From the NCBI GenBank assembly GCA_964404165.1, contig CAYOIZ010000032.1, positions 5,573 through 69,572 of the forward strand: DNA of 64,000 nucleotides, in the 5' to 3' direction. Each line of letters starts with the position of its first letter. Positions within the stretch are counted from its first letter, which is position 1. Made by a program: the position numbers and the translations under genes. The stretch comes from an uncultured Candidatus Binatia bacterium. Lineage in GTDB: Bacteria > Desulfobacterota > Binatia > DP-6. This document shows positions 1-8,715 of the stretch, in pieces. The notes beneath the pieces were generated by a model, which saw only the letters and a list, made by a program, of their open reading frames with translations, had not been told where the DNA came from and did not search any database.

Positions 1-343
1 GGCGTGCCGGCTTGATGCGGGCGGCGCGCAGCGTCTCCTCGGCCTCCACCGTCGTCAGCCGCTCGTCCCAGAACGCCACCGGGACGGCCAGATGGCCTTC
101 CACGCGGGCCGCGAAGGCCCGCACCTTGAGGGCCTGCGGTCCCTCGCTGCCGTTCATGTTGAGGGGAAGCCCGACCACCACCCGGGCCGGGGCGAATGGT
201 GCCAGCATGCGGGCAATCGCCTCGAGATCGCGGAGGCCGCCAACCCGCTTCACGACGCCGATGCCGCGGGCGGTCAGGCCCAGCTCGTCGCTGACGGCGA
301 CCCCGATCCGGGCATCGCCCACGTCCAGCGCGGCGGTGCGCAT
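1..343 (-). CDS. ruvX: Holliday junction resolvase-like / pre-16S rRNA nuclease RuvX (YqgF), truncated by window edge
   Basis: Not in ORF track. Manual minus-strand translation from ATG at 343 gives MRTAALDVGDARIGVAVSDELG...VVVGLPLNMNGSEG...FWDERLTTVEAE, the YqgF motifs. Confidence 0.92.
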   Translation of the reverse strand, partial: MRTAALDVGDARIGVAVSDELGLTARGIGVVKRVGGLRDLEAIARMLAPFAPARVVVGLPLNMNGSEGPQALKVRAFAARVEGHLAVPVAFWDERLTTVEAEETLRAARIKPAR

Positions 344-351
344 CGGGGCCG

Positions 352-380
352 GTCGTAACACCCGGCCCCGGGGGCCGCAA
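352..380 (-). promoter_or_regulatory. Candidate sigma70-type promoter for a leaderless ruvX transcript
   Basis: Minus strand TTGCGG-N17-TACGAC with a TGn extension. ATG lies 8 nt downstream and there is no SD. Confidence 0.4.
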
Positions 381-438
381 ACTTCTCAAACGCCCATTCA
401 AGTCGCATGGCGGATCTGCCGACATACCCCGCGAACCC

Positions 439-2046
439 ATGCCCGCAGGACTGAACGGCCGACGTGCCCTCGTGCGATTCCTGCAGCGGATCGGCACGAT
501 CACGCTCGCGGACGCCCCCGATCTCGAGGCGGCATCCGGGGACGACTTCACGGCGCTGCTGGAGCGGGCGAGCCGCCTCGACGCGGCGGCCCTGGCCGAG
601 CGCCTGGTGGCCGAGCTCCGTCTGGAGCGGTTCATCGCCGCCGGCGTGGACCAGGCCGTGGCGACGGTCCTGGCGCGGGAGCTGGCCGAGCGGCACGACG
701 TGGTCGTCGCCCGCATGGACGACCGCACCGTCCACGTCGCCATGGCGAATCCGCTCGATCTGGACGCCATCAGGGACGTCGAGTTCGCGACCCGCCGCCG
801 GGCGCACGCGCTGGTGGCGACGCCGGACGACATCCGGTCGGCGCTGGAGTGGGTCTACGCCGGCGGGCCACCACCGCCGGAGCCGCCGCCCACCGCCGCG
901 CCCGCGGTCGAGCCGCCCGTCGAGCCAATGGCACCCGAGCCCATGGCGCCGCCGTCCGATCCGCTCGAGACCGTGATGCCGCTGATCCACGCGTGCCGGG
1001 AGCGCCTCGCGGCCCTCGAGCAGCGTGAGCGGACGCCATCGACCGATCCGTCGCTGGTGGCCCGGGTGTCGGCCGTCGAAGCCGTCATGGCCGAGCTGCA
1101 GGCGGTGCAGCAGGCAGCCCAGGAGGCGCATCGGGACGACGTCGCGAGACTGTCCGCCGAGCAGGACGCGCTGGTCGCGGCGCAGGGTGCGAGCCAGCGC
1201 GACGTGGTCGACGCCGCGGTTCGGCGCACGGGCGAGATACTCCTGCCGCGCCTCGACGAGCTCGCTGCGGGAACGTTGGCCGCGGCGGACCGTGCCGATC
1301 GAGCGCACCGGGCCGTCGATGCACTGGCTGCCCTGATCGAGGACCTCCGTGCGGGAGGGGGCGACGCCCCGCCGGCGATGCCGGTGGAGGTCGCCGACCG
1401 GCTGGCGCGTCTCGACGCCGGGCTCGCCGCGCAGCGGGCCGACCTGGTGAAGCTGGCGCAGCAGACGGACGCGTTCACGCGTCGGACCGACGGCTGGGCG
1501 GCCAGCAGCGAGGTCCGCAGCCTGGAAGCCGAGCAGATGGCGCTCGCGTCGCAGCTCCACCGCACCGCCCAGGGCGTCGAGTGGGCACGCGCGGGGCTCT
1601 CGGAGATCCGCGGCGAGGTGGGGCGCGCGCGCGAGCTGGCCGAGGGGGCCCGTCGCGTCGCCGAGGCGTCGGTGCCCACCGGTGCGCTCGAGGCGGTGCG
1701 CGACGCGCTCGACGCCCGGCTGCGGCAGGTGGCGACGCAGGTGATGCGTTACGAAGCCGGGCTCGGTCGCCTGTCCGGCGCCCAGGGCGACCTCGAGGAG
1801 GCGCTCGCGCGCGTGCGCGCGATCGCGGAGGAGACGCGACGGCTCACCGGCATGATGGCAACCGTCGAGCGCGCCGCGGCGCTCGACGCGTCGATCGGTG
1901 CGCTGCGCGGCGAGGTGGCACGGATCGCCGCGATCGTCGACGCGCCGGCGCCGAGCCTGTTCGAATCCGCGTGCGCCTGGGGAGCGCGCGGGGTCGGCAT
2001 GCTCTGGTCGCTGTTCGGGTGGATGGTGCCGCCCGGGCGCGACTGA
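439..2046 (+). CDS. GspE/PilB N-terminal (MshEN/T2SSE_N) domain protein with Pro-rich linker, long coiled coil and C-terminal hydrophobic tail; no ATPase domain
   Basis: VAMANPLDLDAIRDVEFATRR...VATPDDIRSAL is typical of T2SSE_N. It is followed by PPPPEPPP, Ala/Glu/Arg/Leu heptads and GVGMLWSLFGWMV. Confidence 0.75.
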   Translation: MPAGLNGRRALVRFLQRIGTITLADAPDLEAASGDDFTALLERASRLDAAALAERLVAELRLERFIAAGVDQAVATVLARELAERHDVVVARMDDRTVHVAMANPLDLDAIRDVEFATRRRAHALVATPDDIRSALEWVYAGGPPPPEPPPTAAPAVEPPVEPMAPEPMAPPSDPLETVMPLIHACRERLAALEQRERTPSTDPSLVARVSAVEAVMAELQAVQQAAQEAHRDDVARLSAEQDALVAAQGASQRDVVDAAVRRTGEILLPRLDELAAGTLAAADRADRAHRAVDALAALIEDLRAGGGDAPPAMPVEVADRLARLDAGLAAQRADLVKLAQQTDAFTRRTDGWAASSEVRSLEAEQMALASQLHRTAQGVEWARAGLSEIRGEVGRARELAEGARRVAEASVPTGALEAVRDALDARLRQVATQVMRYEAGLGRLSGAQGDLEEALARVRAIAEETRRLTGMMATVERAAALDASIGALRGEVARIAAIVDAPAPSLFESACAWGARGVGMLWSLFGWMVPPGRD

Positions 2047-2099
2047 GGGTCAGAATGGGTATTGCAATGGACCGATCGCCTTGTTCTCGGGTCAAAGCA

Positions 2100-2128
2100 T
2101 TGACAACCGCGCACACCTTTGGTTTCTT
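2100..2128 (+). promoter_or_regulatory. Candidate sigma70 promoter of the M23 peptidase gene
   Basis: Perfect TTGACA at 2100-2105, N17, then a weak -10 (TGgTTTCTT), in an AT-richer intergenic stretch. Confidence 0.35.
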
Positions 2129-2206
2129 GCGCGCGCTCCCAAGAAAACCGCTCGTGATTGACCTGTGTCGCGTTCCCCAGCGCGGCCGGATCGGAGGACC
2201 GACACC

Positions 2207-3733
2207 GTGTCGAGACGCCGAAGCCTAGTCGGGGCCCTGCCTCGTGCAACGCGGCAGGTGATCCTGCTGCTCTGTGTGACAACGCTCGCGCTCCCGAGCC
2301 TCGGGTTCGGCGCGAAGCGCACCACCCTCAAGCGCACCGCCTCGAAGGCGCCGGCGAAGGTGACGGTCAAGAAGACCGCCAGCCAGAAAAGCGTCGGCAA
2401 GAGCGTGGGCCGGAAGGCCGGCGTCAAGCAGGTCGCCGCGCGCTCGTCGGGCAAGTCGAGCCGCTCCCGCAGCCGCGTCAGCACCGTCTACGGTGGCAAG
2501 CGCGTGGCGAAGAAGTCGGCCGCCGCGGGCCGGCGTCGCGTGGTACGACGCGCAGTCGTTCCAAGCGACACCGGCCCGGCACCGTACGGATCGCGCGGCA
2601 CCGTCGACGAGCACGTCCACGTCCGTCGCGGTGACACGCTCGAGCGCATCATCGCGGTGCGCGGCATCGGCGTGTCGGGCGCCCGACGGTGGCTCAGTGC
2701 CGCCGAGGGCGTGTACGACTTCCGCAAGGTCCGCCCGCAGCGCGGCGTCACGCTGCGCTTCGATCGCGCCACGCGTGAGCTCGAGGCCGTCCGCTACGAG
2801 GCCGACGACACCTCGCTGCTGGTCCTCGAGCGCAACGGCGAGGACATCACCGCGCGGGTCGAGGCGCTGCCGTACTTCCACGAGGTGCGGGGCATCGCCG
2901 GGCGCATCGATCGCGGGCTGCGCGAAGACACCATGGACGCCGGCGTCCCGGTGCCGATCGCCGCGGCGCTGGCCGACATCTTCGGCTGGGATCTCGACGT
3001 CGAGGAGGGGCTCGTCCCCGGCGACGAGTTCCGCGTCATCTACGAGAATCTCTGGGAGGCCGGTCGCACCGAGCCGCTCACCGGTCAGATCATCGGCGCC
3101 GAGATCGTCTCGGGCGGACAGACCTTCACGGCGTTGTTGTTCGAGGACGAGGAGGGCGGTGGCTACTACCGTCCCGACGGCCAGGCCATCTCCCGCACCT
3201 TCCTGCGCTACCCGGTGGCCTTCACCGAAATCAGCTCGGGCTTCTCGGAGTGGCGCTACCATCCCGTCCTCCACCGCGGACGGCCGCATCGCGGCGTCGA
3301 CCTGGCGGCCCCGCACGGCACGCCGGTGCGCGCGGCGGCGAACGGCTGGGTGAGCGAGACGGGATGGATCGGCGGCCTCGGCAAGGCCGTGCGCCTGCAG
3401 CATCCCGACGACATGAGCACCACCTACGGTCATCTCACCGAGGTGGCGCCCGGCATCGCCGAGGGCACCTCCGTCGAGCGCGGGCAGGTCATCGGCTGGG
3501 TCGGATCGACCGGCCTCGCCACCGGCCCGCACCTCCACTACGAGATCGCGCGCAACGGCGAGCAGATGGACCCGATGCAGGTGCAGGTGCCGGCCGATCC
3601 GCCGGTGGGCGAGCCGGTGAAGCGACGCTTCGAGCGCGTGCGCTCCACGGTCACGCAGCAGCTCGCCAGCCTGCCGGAGACCGATCGGCCGGTCGTCCTC
3701 ACGCTGTCGTCGAACGCCTACCGCGCGGAGTAG
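2207..3733 (+). CDS. M23 family peptidoglycan DD-metalloendopeptidase (MepM/Csd3-like) with basic N-terminal linker
   Basis: HRGVDLAA (HxxxD), YGHL and TGPHLHYE (HxH) motifs. GTG at 2207 follows SD GGAGG, and an N-terminal hydrophobic segment is present. Confidence 0.93.
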   Translation: MSRRRSLVGALPRATRQVILLLCVTTLALPSLGFGAKRTTLKRTASKAPAKVTVKKTASQKSVGKSVGRKAGVKQVAARSSGKSSRSRSRVSTVYGGKRVAKKSAAAGRRRVVRRAVVPSDTGPAPYGSRGTVDEHVHVRRGDTLERIIAVRGIGVSGARRWLSAAEGVYDFRKVRPQRGVTLRFDRATRELEAVRYEADDTSLLVLERNGEDITARVEALPYFHEVRGIAGRIDRGLREDTMDAGVPVPIAAALADIFGWDLDVEEGLVPGDEFRVIYENLWEAGRTEPLTGQIIGAEIVSGGQTFTALLFEDEEGGGYYRPDGQAISRTFLRYPVAFTEISSGFSEWRYHPVLHRGRPHRGVDLAAPHGTPVRAAANGWVSETGWIGGLGKAVRLQHPDDMSTTYGHLTEVAPGIAEGTSVERGQVIGWVGSTGLATGPHLHYEIARNGEQMDPMQVQVPADPPVGEPVKRRFERVRSTVTQQLASLPETDRPVVLTLSSNAYRAE

Positions 3734-3737
3734 GGCC

Positions 3738-4532
3738 ACGCGCTACCTCGACGGTCCGCGGCCGCGCCTGTTCGCGCATCGCGGGGCGTCGGGGACGTAC
3801 CCGGAGAACACCCTCCCGTCGTTCGCGGCCGGACTGGCCGCGGGCGCCGAGCGCCTCGAGCTCGACGTCCACGCCACGGCCGACGGGCACGTGGTCGTCT
3901 TCCACGACGCCACGCTCGACCGCACCACCGACGGCAGCGGGCCCGTGCGCAACCTGACGCTCGCCGAGCTCGAGCGGCTCGACGCCGGCGCGCAGTTCGT
4001 CGCCGCCGACGGTACGCGGCCGTATCGCGGCCGAGGCATCCGCGTGCCGACGCTCGACGCGCTGCTGACGGCGCATCCCGGCGTGCCGCTCAACATCGAG
4101 ATCAAGCAGGACGAGCCCGCCATCGAGGACGCCGTGCTCGCCGTCCTCGATCGGCACGGGGCGCGCGAGCACACGCTGCTCGCGGCCGAGCACGTCCACA
4201 TCATGGCGCGCATCCGGGCGGCGGCGCCCGACATGCTCACGGGCTTCGCGTCGGCCGAGGTGGCCGACTTCGTCTTCCGCCTGCGCGACGGCCGGATGGC
4301 CGACTACGTGCCGCCGGGCCTGGCCCTGCAGGTGCCGCCGTCGTTCGGCGACGTCGACATCGTCACCGATGCCTCGGTACGTGCGGCGCACGAGCTCGGC
4401 CTCGAGGTCCACGTCTGGACCATCAACGACCCCGCCGAGATGGAGCGCCTGCTCGACCTCGACGTGGACGCGCTGATGACCGATCTACCGGCCGTCGCCA
4501 TGGACGTTCTGCGCCGCCGCGGCGCGCGCTGA
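3738..4532 (+). CDS. Glycerophosphodiester phosphodiesterase (GDPD); start codon non-canonical or uncertain
   Basis: FAHRGASG, PENT, ELDVH, VVFHD, NIEIK and VWTIND motifs. The conserved N-terminus lies upstream of the track start at 3891. Confidence 0.88.
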   Translation, partial: TRYLDGPRPRLFAHRGASGTYPENTLPSFAAGLAAGAERLELDVHATADGHVVVFHDATLDRTTDGSGPVRNLTLAELERLDAGAQFVAADGTRPYRGRGIRVPTLDALLTAHPGVPLNIEIKQDEPAIEDAVLAVLDRHGAREHTLLAAEHVHIMARIRAAAPDMLTGFASAEVADFVFRLRDGRMADYVPPGLALQVPPSFGDVDIVTDASVRAAHELGLEVHVWTINDPAEMERLLDLDVDALMTDLPAVAMDVLRRRGAR

Positions 4533-4556
4533 CCGCGCGCCGGCGCCGAAGCGCAT

Positions 4557-5900
4557 TCAGTAGAGTGTCCCCGTCGGATAGCCGGGACTCTGGGGTGCGT
4601 GCCACTCGTAGGGCAACGATGCGGTCATGCCAGTACCGCCGCTCACCGACGCCGTTTCGCCGGAGGCCTCGTTGAATTGTCCGCCGGTCACGACGGCGTA
4701 GTTCCCGGAGGCCGTGTTGTCCGAGCCGCCCACCGTCGTCGCTTGGATTCCCGTCGTGACGTTGCGTCCACCACCCACGACCACCGATCCTTCGCCGAGC
4801 GCCGAGTTGTTCGCTCCGCCGAAAACCGCGGATTTGCTCGTGCCCGGTCCCACGTAGTTGGAGCCGCCTCCCACGATCGTCGTGTGGTTGGTGTCGAAAT
4901 TGGGGTCCGATCCCTGGATTTCGCCTTCCGTCCCGCCGACGATCACGCTCGCATAGACGCCTTCGCCGATGCCGTTGCTGCTGCCGCCGAAGATCGCGGC
5001 ACTCTCGCTGCCCAGAAACAGGTAGTTGCCGGCGCCACCAGCGACCATGCCGCGATCCGCACCGACGTAATTGGCGAAGCCACCGGACAGGACGGCGGCG
5101 GTCGTGACGGTCGCATCCCCGCCGATCACGTTGTGGTCGCCGCCTGTGATCACGCTCTCGGTGGTTTGCACTTCGATTTCGTTGGAGAGGCCTCCGACGA
5201 CCACACCCCAATCCCCGTTCACGCGATTGTCCCGTCCCCCCAACGCGACGGCACCAGGACCGCCGAGCACGTGTCCGGTCCCGACGGCGACGCCGCCGTA
5301 ACCCACGAACTCGTGGCCGTCGCCGACGATCAGGTTGTGGGAGCCGGTTTGATCGTCCAGCGGCCCGATCGTGTTGTACCCGACGATCAGATTGCCGGCG
5401 CCGTTCGGTGTGGCGTCGGTGGCGCCGGTGCCCGAGACGATCTGCACGTTCACCCCACTGAACACGATCGTCGGGATGCTGTGGTGGAAGGAGATCGCGC
5501 TCACCAACTCCTTCAGCGCGTCCGCCTTGGCCGCGCTGGTCGGACGGGCGCCCGGCGTGCAGCCCTTCACGTAGGCCGCACATTCCGCCCCGGCGTCCTT
5601 CAGGTAGAAGGTGCAGAGGTCGGGGGGCGTGATCGATTCGGGGGTGCCCGCAGTCCCAATCAGGCATTTCGACGCCGACGCTCCCCCGACGCATGTCGCC
5701 GCGTTGGCGAAGGTCTGGGAGTAGGGACCTCCAGGGCGGTCGCCCCATGCGATCGGTCCTGAGACGCCGGTCGCCGAGAGCTCGATCACGCCGTTACGCG
5801 CGTTGACCTTCGCTTTACAGTTGGAGATCGCGTGCGCCGACGGAGTCGCCACCGCTGTCAGCAGCAGCAACGCGATCGTGATCGGTGTCGTCCAGTCCAT
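4557..5900 (-). CDS. Secreted protein with a Cys-rich N-terminal domain and Gly-rich GGxxN beta-helix-like repeats
   Basis: ATG at 5900 with SD GGAGG, signal peptide ending AHA, and repeated (V/I)xGGxxN units. Confidence 0.75.
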   Translation of the reverse strand: MDWTTPITIALLLLTAVATPSAHAISNCKAKVNARNGVIELSATGVSGPIAWGDRPGGPYSQTFANAATCVGGASASKCLIGTAGTPESITPPDLCTFYLKDAGAECAAYVKGCTPGARPTSAAKADALKELVSAISFHHSIPTIVFSGVNVQIVSGTGATDATPNGAGNLIVGYNTIGPLDDQTGSHNLIVGDGHEFVGYGGVAVGTGHVLGGPGAVALGGRDNRVNGDWGVVVGGLSNEIEVQTTESVITGGDHNVIGGDATVTTAAVLSGGFANYVGADRGMVAGGAGNYLFLGSESAAIFGGSSNGIGEGVYASVIVGGTEGEIQGSDPNFDTNHTTIVGGGSNYVGPGTSKSAVFGGANNSALGEGSVVVGGGRNVTTGIQATTVGGSDNTASGNYAVVTGGQFNEASGETASVSGGTGMTASLPYEWHAPQSPGYPTGTLY

Positions 5901-6029
5901 CTGTCGTCCTCCGAAGGGACGACGGAGCAATCACCGATCCACCCCAACGCGAGGACATCACCACGCCGGAGCTGCCTCGACAGTGAAACGACGTTCACGG
6001 CACTGTGAAGGCACCGTGGGGATCGCCGG

Positions 6030-6830
6030 TTACTTCTTCTTCACGGGACCCACGTCGGCGATCATCTTCATCAAGCCGACGTGGAGGACGCCGTTCGAGG
6101 CGATCATGCCCGGACGGAGCGGCGACTTCTGGTTGAACTCGAGCGGCTTGCCGTCGAGGCCGGTGACGGTGCCGCCCGCCTCGGTGACGAGCAGCGTGCC
6201 GGCGCAGATGTCCCACTCGTTCTTCGGCGTCAGCGTGAAGGTGGCGTCGCCGTTGCCGGTGGCGAGCTCGGCCAGCTTGAAGGCGACGCTGCCGGTCAAC
6301 ACGACCTTGCAGAGCGGCTTGAAGGGGTCCCACTCGCCGCGCTTGTCCTCGGAGCGGCTGGCCATGACCTCCGCCAGTGCGACGTCGCGCTGCGAGCTGA
6401 CGGTGGCCTTCTCGCCGTTGACCGTCGTGCCCTGGCCCTTCACCGCGACGTAGAGCCGGTCGGCGGCGGGGTTGTACTCGACGGCGACGATCGGCGTGCC
6501 CTGCTCGACGAGCGCGATGCAGACGCAGAACTCGGGGATGTGCTGCGTGAACTCCTTGGTGCCGTCGAGCGGGTCGACGATCCACGCGCGACGCTTGCCG
6601 AGACGCTCGGGCGAGTCGGCGGTTTCCTCCGACAGCCAGCCGTCGTCGGGGAACGCGGCGGCGATGAGCTCGCGGATGCGCGCGTTCGACTCGGTGTCGG
6701 CCGCCGTGAGCGGGTTGTCGTGGCCCTTCAGGTCGATCTTCAGATCGGTCTTGTAGTAGCCCCGGATGATTTCACCGGCCTGCTTGGCCGCGTCGATGGC
6801 CACGTCGCGCTCACGAGAGAGGGTCGTCAT
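6030..6830 (-). CDS. cysQ: 3'(2'),5'-bisphosphate nucleotidase CysQ / inositol monophosphatase family
   Basis: PLTAAD, WLSEE, WIVDPLDGTKEF, ASRS and EWDICAG motifs. Start re-picked at MTTLSRE. Confidence 0.85.
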   Translation of the reverse strand: MTTLSRERDVAIDAAKQAGEIIRGYYKTDLKIDLKGHDNPLTAADTESNARIRELIAAAFPDDGWLSEETADSPERLGKRRAWIVDPLDGTKEFTQHIPEFCVCIALVEQGTPIVAVEYNPAADRLYVAVKGQGTTVNGEKATVSSQRDVALAEVMASRSEDKRGEWDPFKPLCKVVLTGSVAFKLAELATGNGDATFTLTPKNEWDICAGTLLVTEAGGTVTGLDGKPLEFNQKSPLRPGMIASNGVLHVGLMKMIADVGPVKKK

Positions 6831-6915
6831 CGACGGAGCCCGTATCAATTCCGGCGCGGGTTGGAAACCCGCACCGTCCTTGACGGAGCGTACGCCAGCC
6901 TCTACGGATCGCCGC

Positions 6916-7377
6916 GTGCGGGCGCTCGCGATGTTCGTCGCCACGGCCGGAGGGCTCGGCTACGCGCCGGTGGCGCCGGGAACGTTCGGCTCGCTCGCCG
7001 GCCTGGCGCTGATGCCGCTCCTGGCGGCGCTCCACGATCGCTCCGGTCGTCTCGCCTACGGCGTCACCATCGTCGCGCTGCTGGCGGGTGCCGTCTGGGC
7101 CGCGGGTCGTGCCGACGACATCCTCCCCGGCCACGATCACGGGCGCATCGTGATCGACGAGGTCGCCGGCATGGTCGTCGGATCGGTCTTCGTCCCGGCC
7201 ACCTGGGGTGCGGGCCTCCTCCTCTTCGTCCTCTTCCGCATGTTCGACATCGCGAAGCCGTTCCCGGCCAACCGCATCGACCGCGATCTGCCCGGTGGCC
7301 TCGGTGTCGTCGCCGACGACCTGGTCGCCGGCCTCTATGCCGGCATCGTCTGCCGCCTGGCGCTGGAGCTCACATGA
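6916..7377 (+). CDS. pgpA: Phosphatidylglycerophosphatase A
   Basis: APGTFGSL, IVIDEVAG, FRMFDIAKP and GVVADDLVAG motifs. Start uncertain (6880, 6916 or 6931). Confidence 0.93.
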   Translation: MRALAMFVATAGGLGYAPVAPGTFGSLAGLALMPLLAALHDRSGRLAYGVTIVALLAGAVWAAGRADDILPGHDHGRIVIDEVAGMVVGSVFVPATWGAGLLLFVLFRMFDIAKPFPANRIDRDLPGGLGVVADDLVAGLYAGIVCRLALELT

Positions 7378-8651
7378 TCGTTCGCGCAGCCCTCCTCTCC
7401 ACCGGCGACGAGCTGACCACCGGCCGCATCGTCGACACCAACGCCAACTGGCTCGCCGACAAGCTCTTCGAGCTCGGCGTCGACGTGGTGACCATCGTCA
7501 CCGTCGGCGACTATCCCGAGCGCCTCGAATGGGCGTGGCGCGAGGCGCTGTCGCAGGCCGACCTCGTCATCTCAACGGGCGGCATCGGGCCGACGGCCGA
7601 CGATCTCACCAGCGAGACGGTGGCGCGCGTGCTCGGCGTGCCGCTTGTCGAGGACGAGGCGTCGGCCGATCGCATCCGGCGCTTCTTCGCCGCCGTGAAC
7701 CGCGAGATGCCGCTCAACAACCTGCGTCAGGCGCTGATTCCGCAGGGCGGCGTCATCGTCCCGAACCCGCTCGGCACCGCGCCCGGCTACCGCGTCACGC
7801 AGGACGGCCGCCACGTCGTGGTGCTGCCGGGCGTGCCGCGCGAGATGAAGCCCATGGTCGAGGACACGGTCATCCCGTGGATCCGCGCCCAGCGTGGCGG
7901 CGACGTGCATCTCGCGCGCGTGTTCCAGACCTTCGGCGTGACCGAGTCGGGGCTCGACGAGCTGGTCGCCGGCGTCGTTCCGCCCGAGGAGGGACGCGTC
8001 TCGTTCCGCGCCAGCTTCCCCGAGGTGTCGGTGCGGGTCGTCGTCCACGGCGAGCCCGACGAGGCGGCGACGCGGCTCACCGTCGTCGGCGATCGGCTGC
8101 GCGATGCCATCGGGCAGTTCTGCTACGGCGAGGGCGCGGGGACCACGATGGAGGGCGTCGTCGGCGACATGCTGCGCGCGCGCGGCCTCACGGTCGGCCT
8201 CGGGGAGTCCTGCACCGGCGGACTGGTCGCGCACCGGCTCACCAACATCCCGGGCAGCTCGGCGTGGGTGAAGGGCGGGGTGGTGGCGTACGCCAACTCG
8301 GCGAAGTCGGGCCTGCTCGGCGTCTCGCCGGCGACGCTCGAGGCGCACGGCGCGGTGAGCGAAGAGACGGCGGGCGAGATGGCCGCCGGCGTGCGTCGCG
8401 CGCTCGGCGCGGACATCGGCGTCTCCACGACCGGGATCGCGGGGCCCGACGGCGGCAGCGCCGAGAAGCCCGTCGGCACCGTGTGCTTCGGGATGGCCAC
8501 CGCGGACGAGACCGTCACGGCGCGCTATCAGCTCTGGGGCACGCGCGACTGGGTGAAGCTGGTGGCGTCCCAGGTGGCGCTGGAGTGGGTCCGCCGCCAC
8601 CTCCTCGGGCTGCCCGTGCGCGACATGCCGCTCTTCCGCGGCAGGCGCTGA
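7374..8651 (+). CDS. cinA: Competence/damage-inducible protein CinA (MoCF-biosynthesis-like + NMN deamidase PncC domains)
   Basis: TGDELTTGRIVDTN, TGGIGPTADD, LPGVPREM, ESCTGG and GVSTTGIAGP motifs. ATGA overlap with pgpA. Confidence 0.95.
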   Translation: MIVRAALLSTGDELTTGRIVDTNANWLADKLFELGVDVVTIVTVGDYPERLEWAWREALSQADLVISTGGIGPTADDLTSETVARVLGVPLVEDEASADRIRRFFAAVNREMPLNNLRQALIPQGGVIVPNPLGTAPGYRVTQDGRHVVVLPGVPREMKPMVEDTVIPWIRAQRGGDVHLARVFQTFGVTESGLDELVAGVVPPEEGRVSFRASFPEVSVRVVVHGEPDEAATRLTVVGDRLRDAIGQFCYGEGAGTTMEGVVGDMLRARGLTVGLGESCTGGLVAHRLTNIPGSSAWVKGGVVAYANSAKSGLLGVSPATLEAHGAVSEETAGEMAAGVRRALGADIGVSTTGIAGPDGGSAEKPVGTVCFGMATADETVTARYQLWGTRDWVKLVASQVALEWVRRHLLGLPVRDMPLFRGRR

Positions 8652-8715
8652 CGGAACATCGTTCCGGCCGATTGTACGCCTCCGGGGCAGACCACTGCTG
8701 CCGAAGGAGGCTCAC

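Noticed and set aside
344-370. GC hairpin CGGGGCCGG/CCGGCCCCG at the ruvX start as a terminator or riboswitch
   Set aside because: It lies between divergent genes and overlaps the predicted promoter, so it would not be transcribed intact if ruvX is leaderless.
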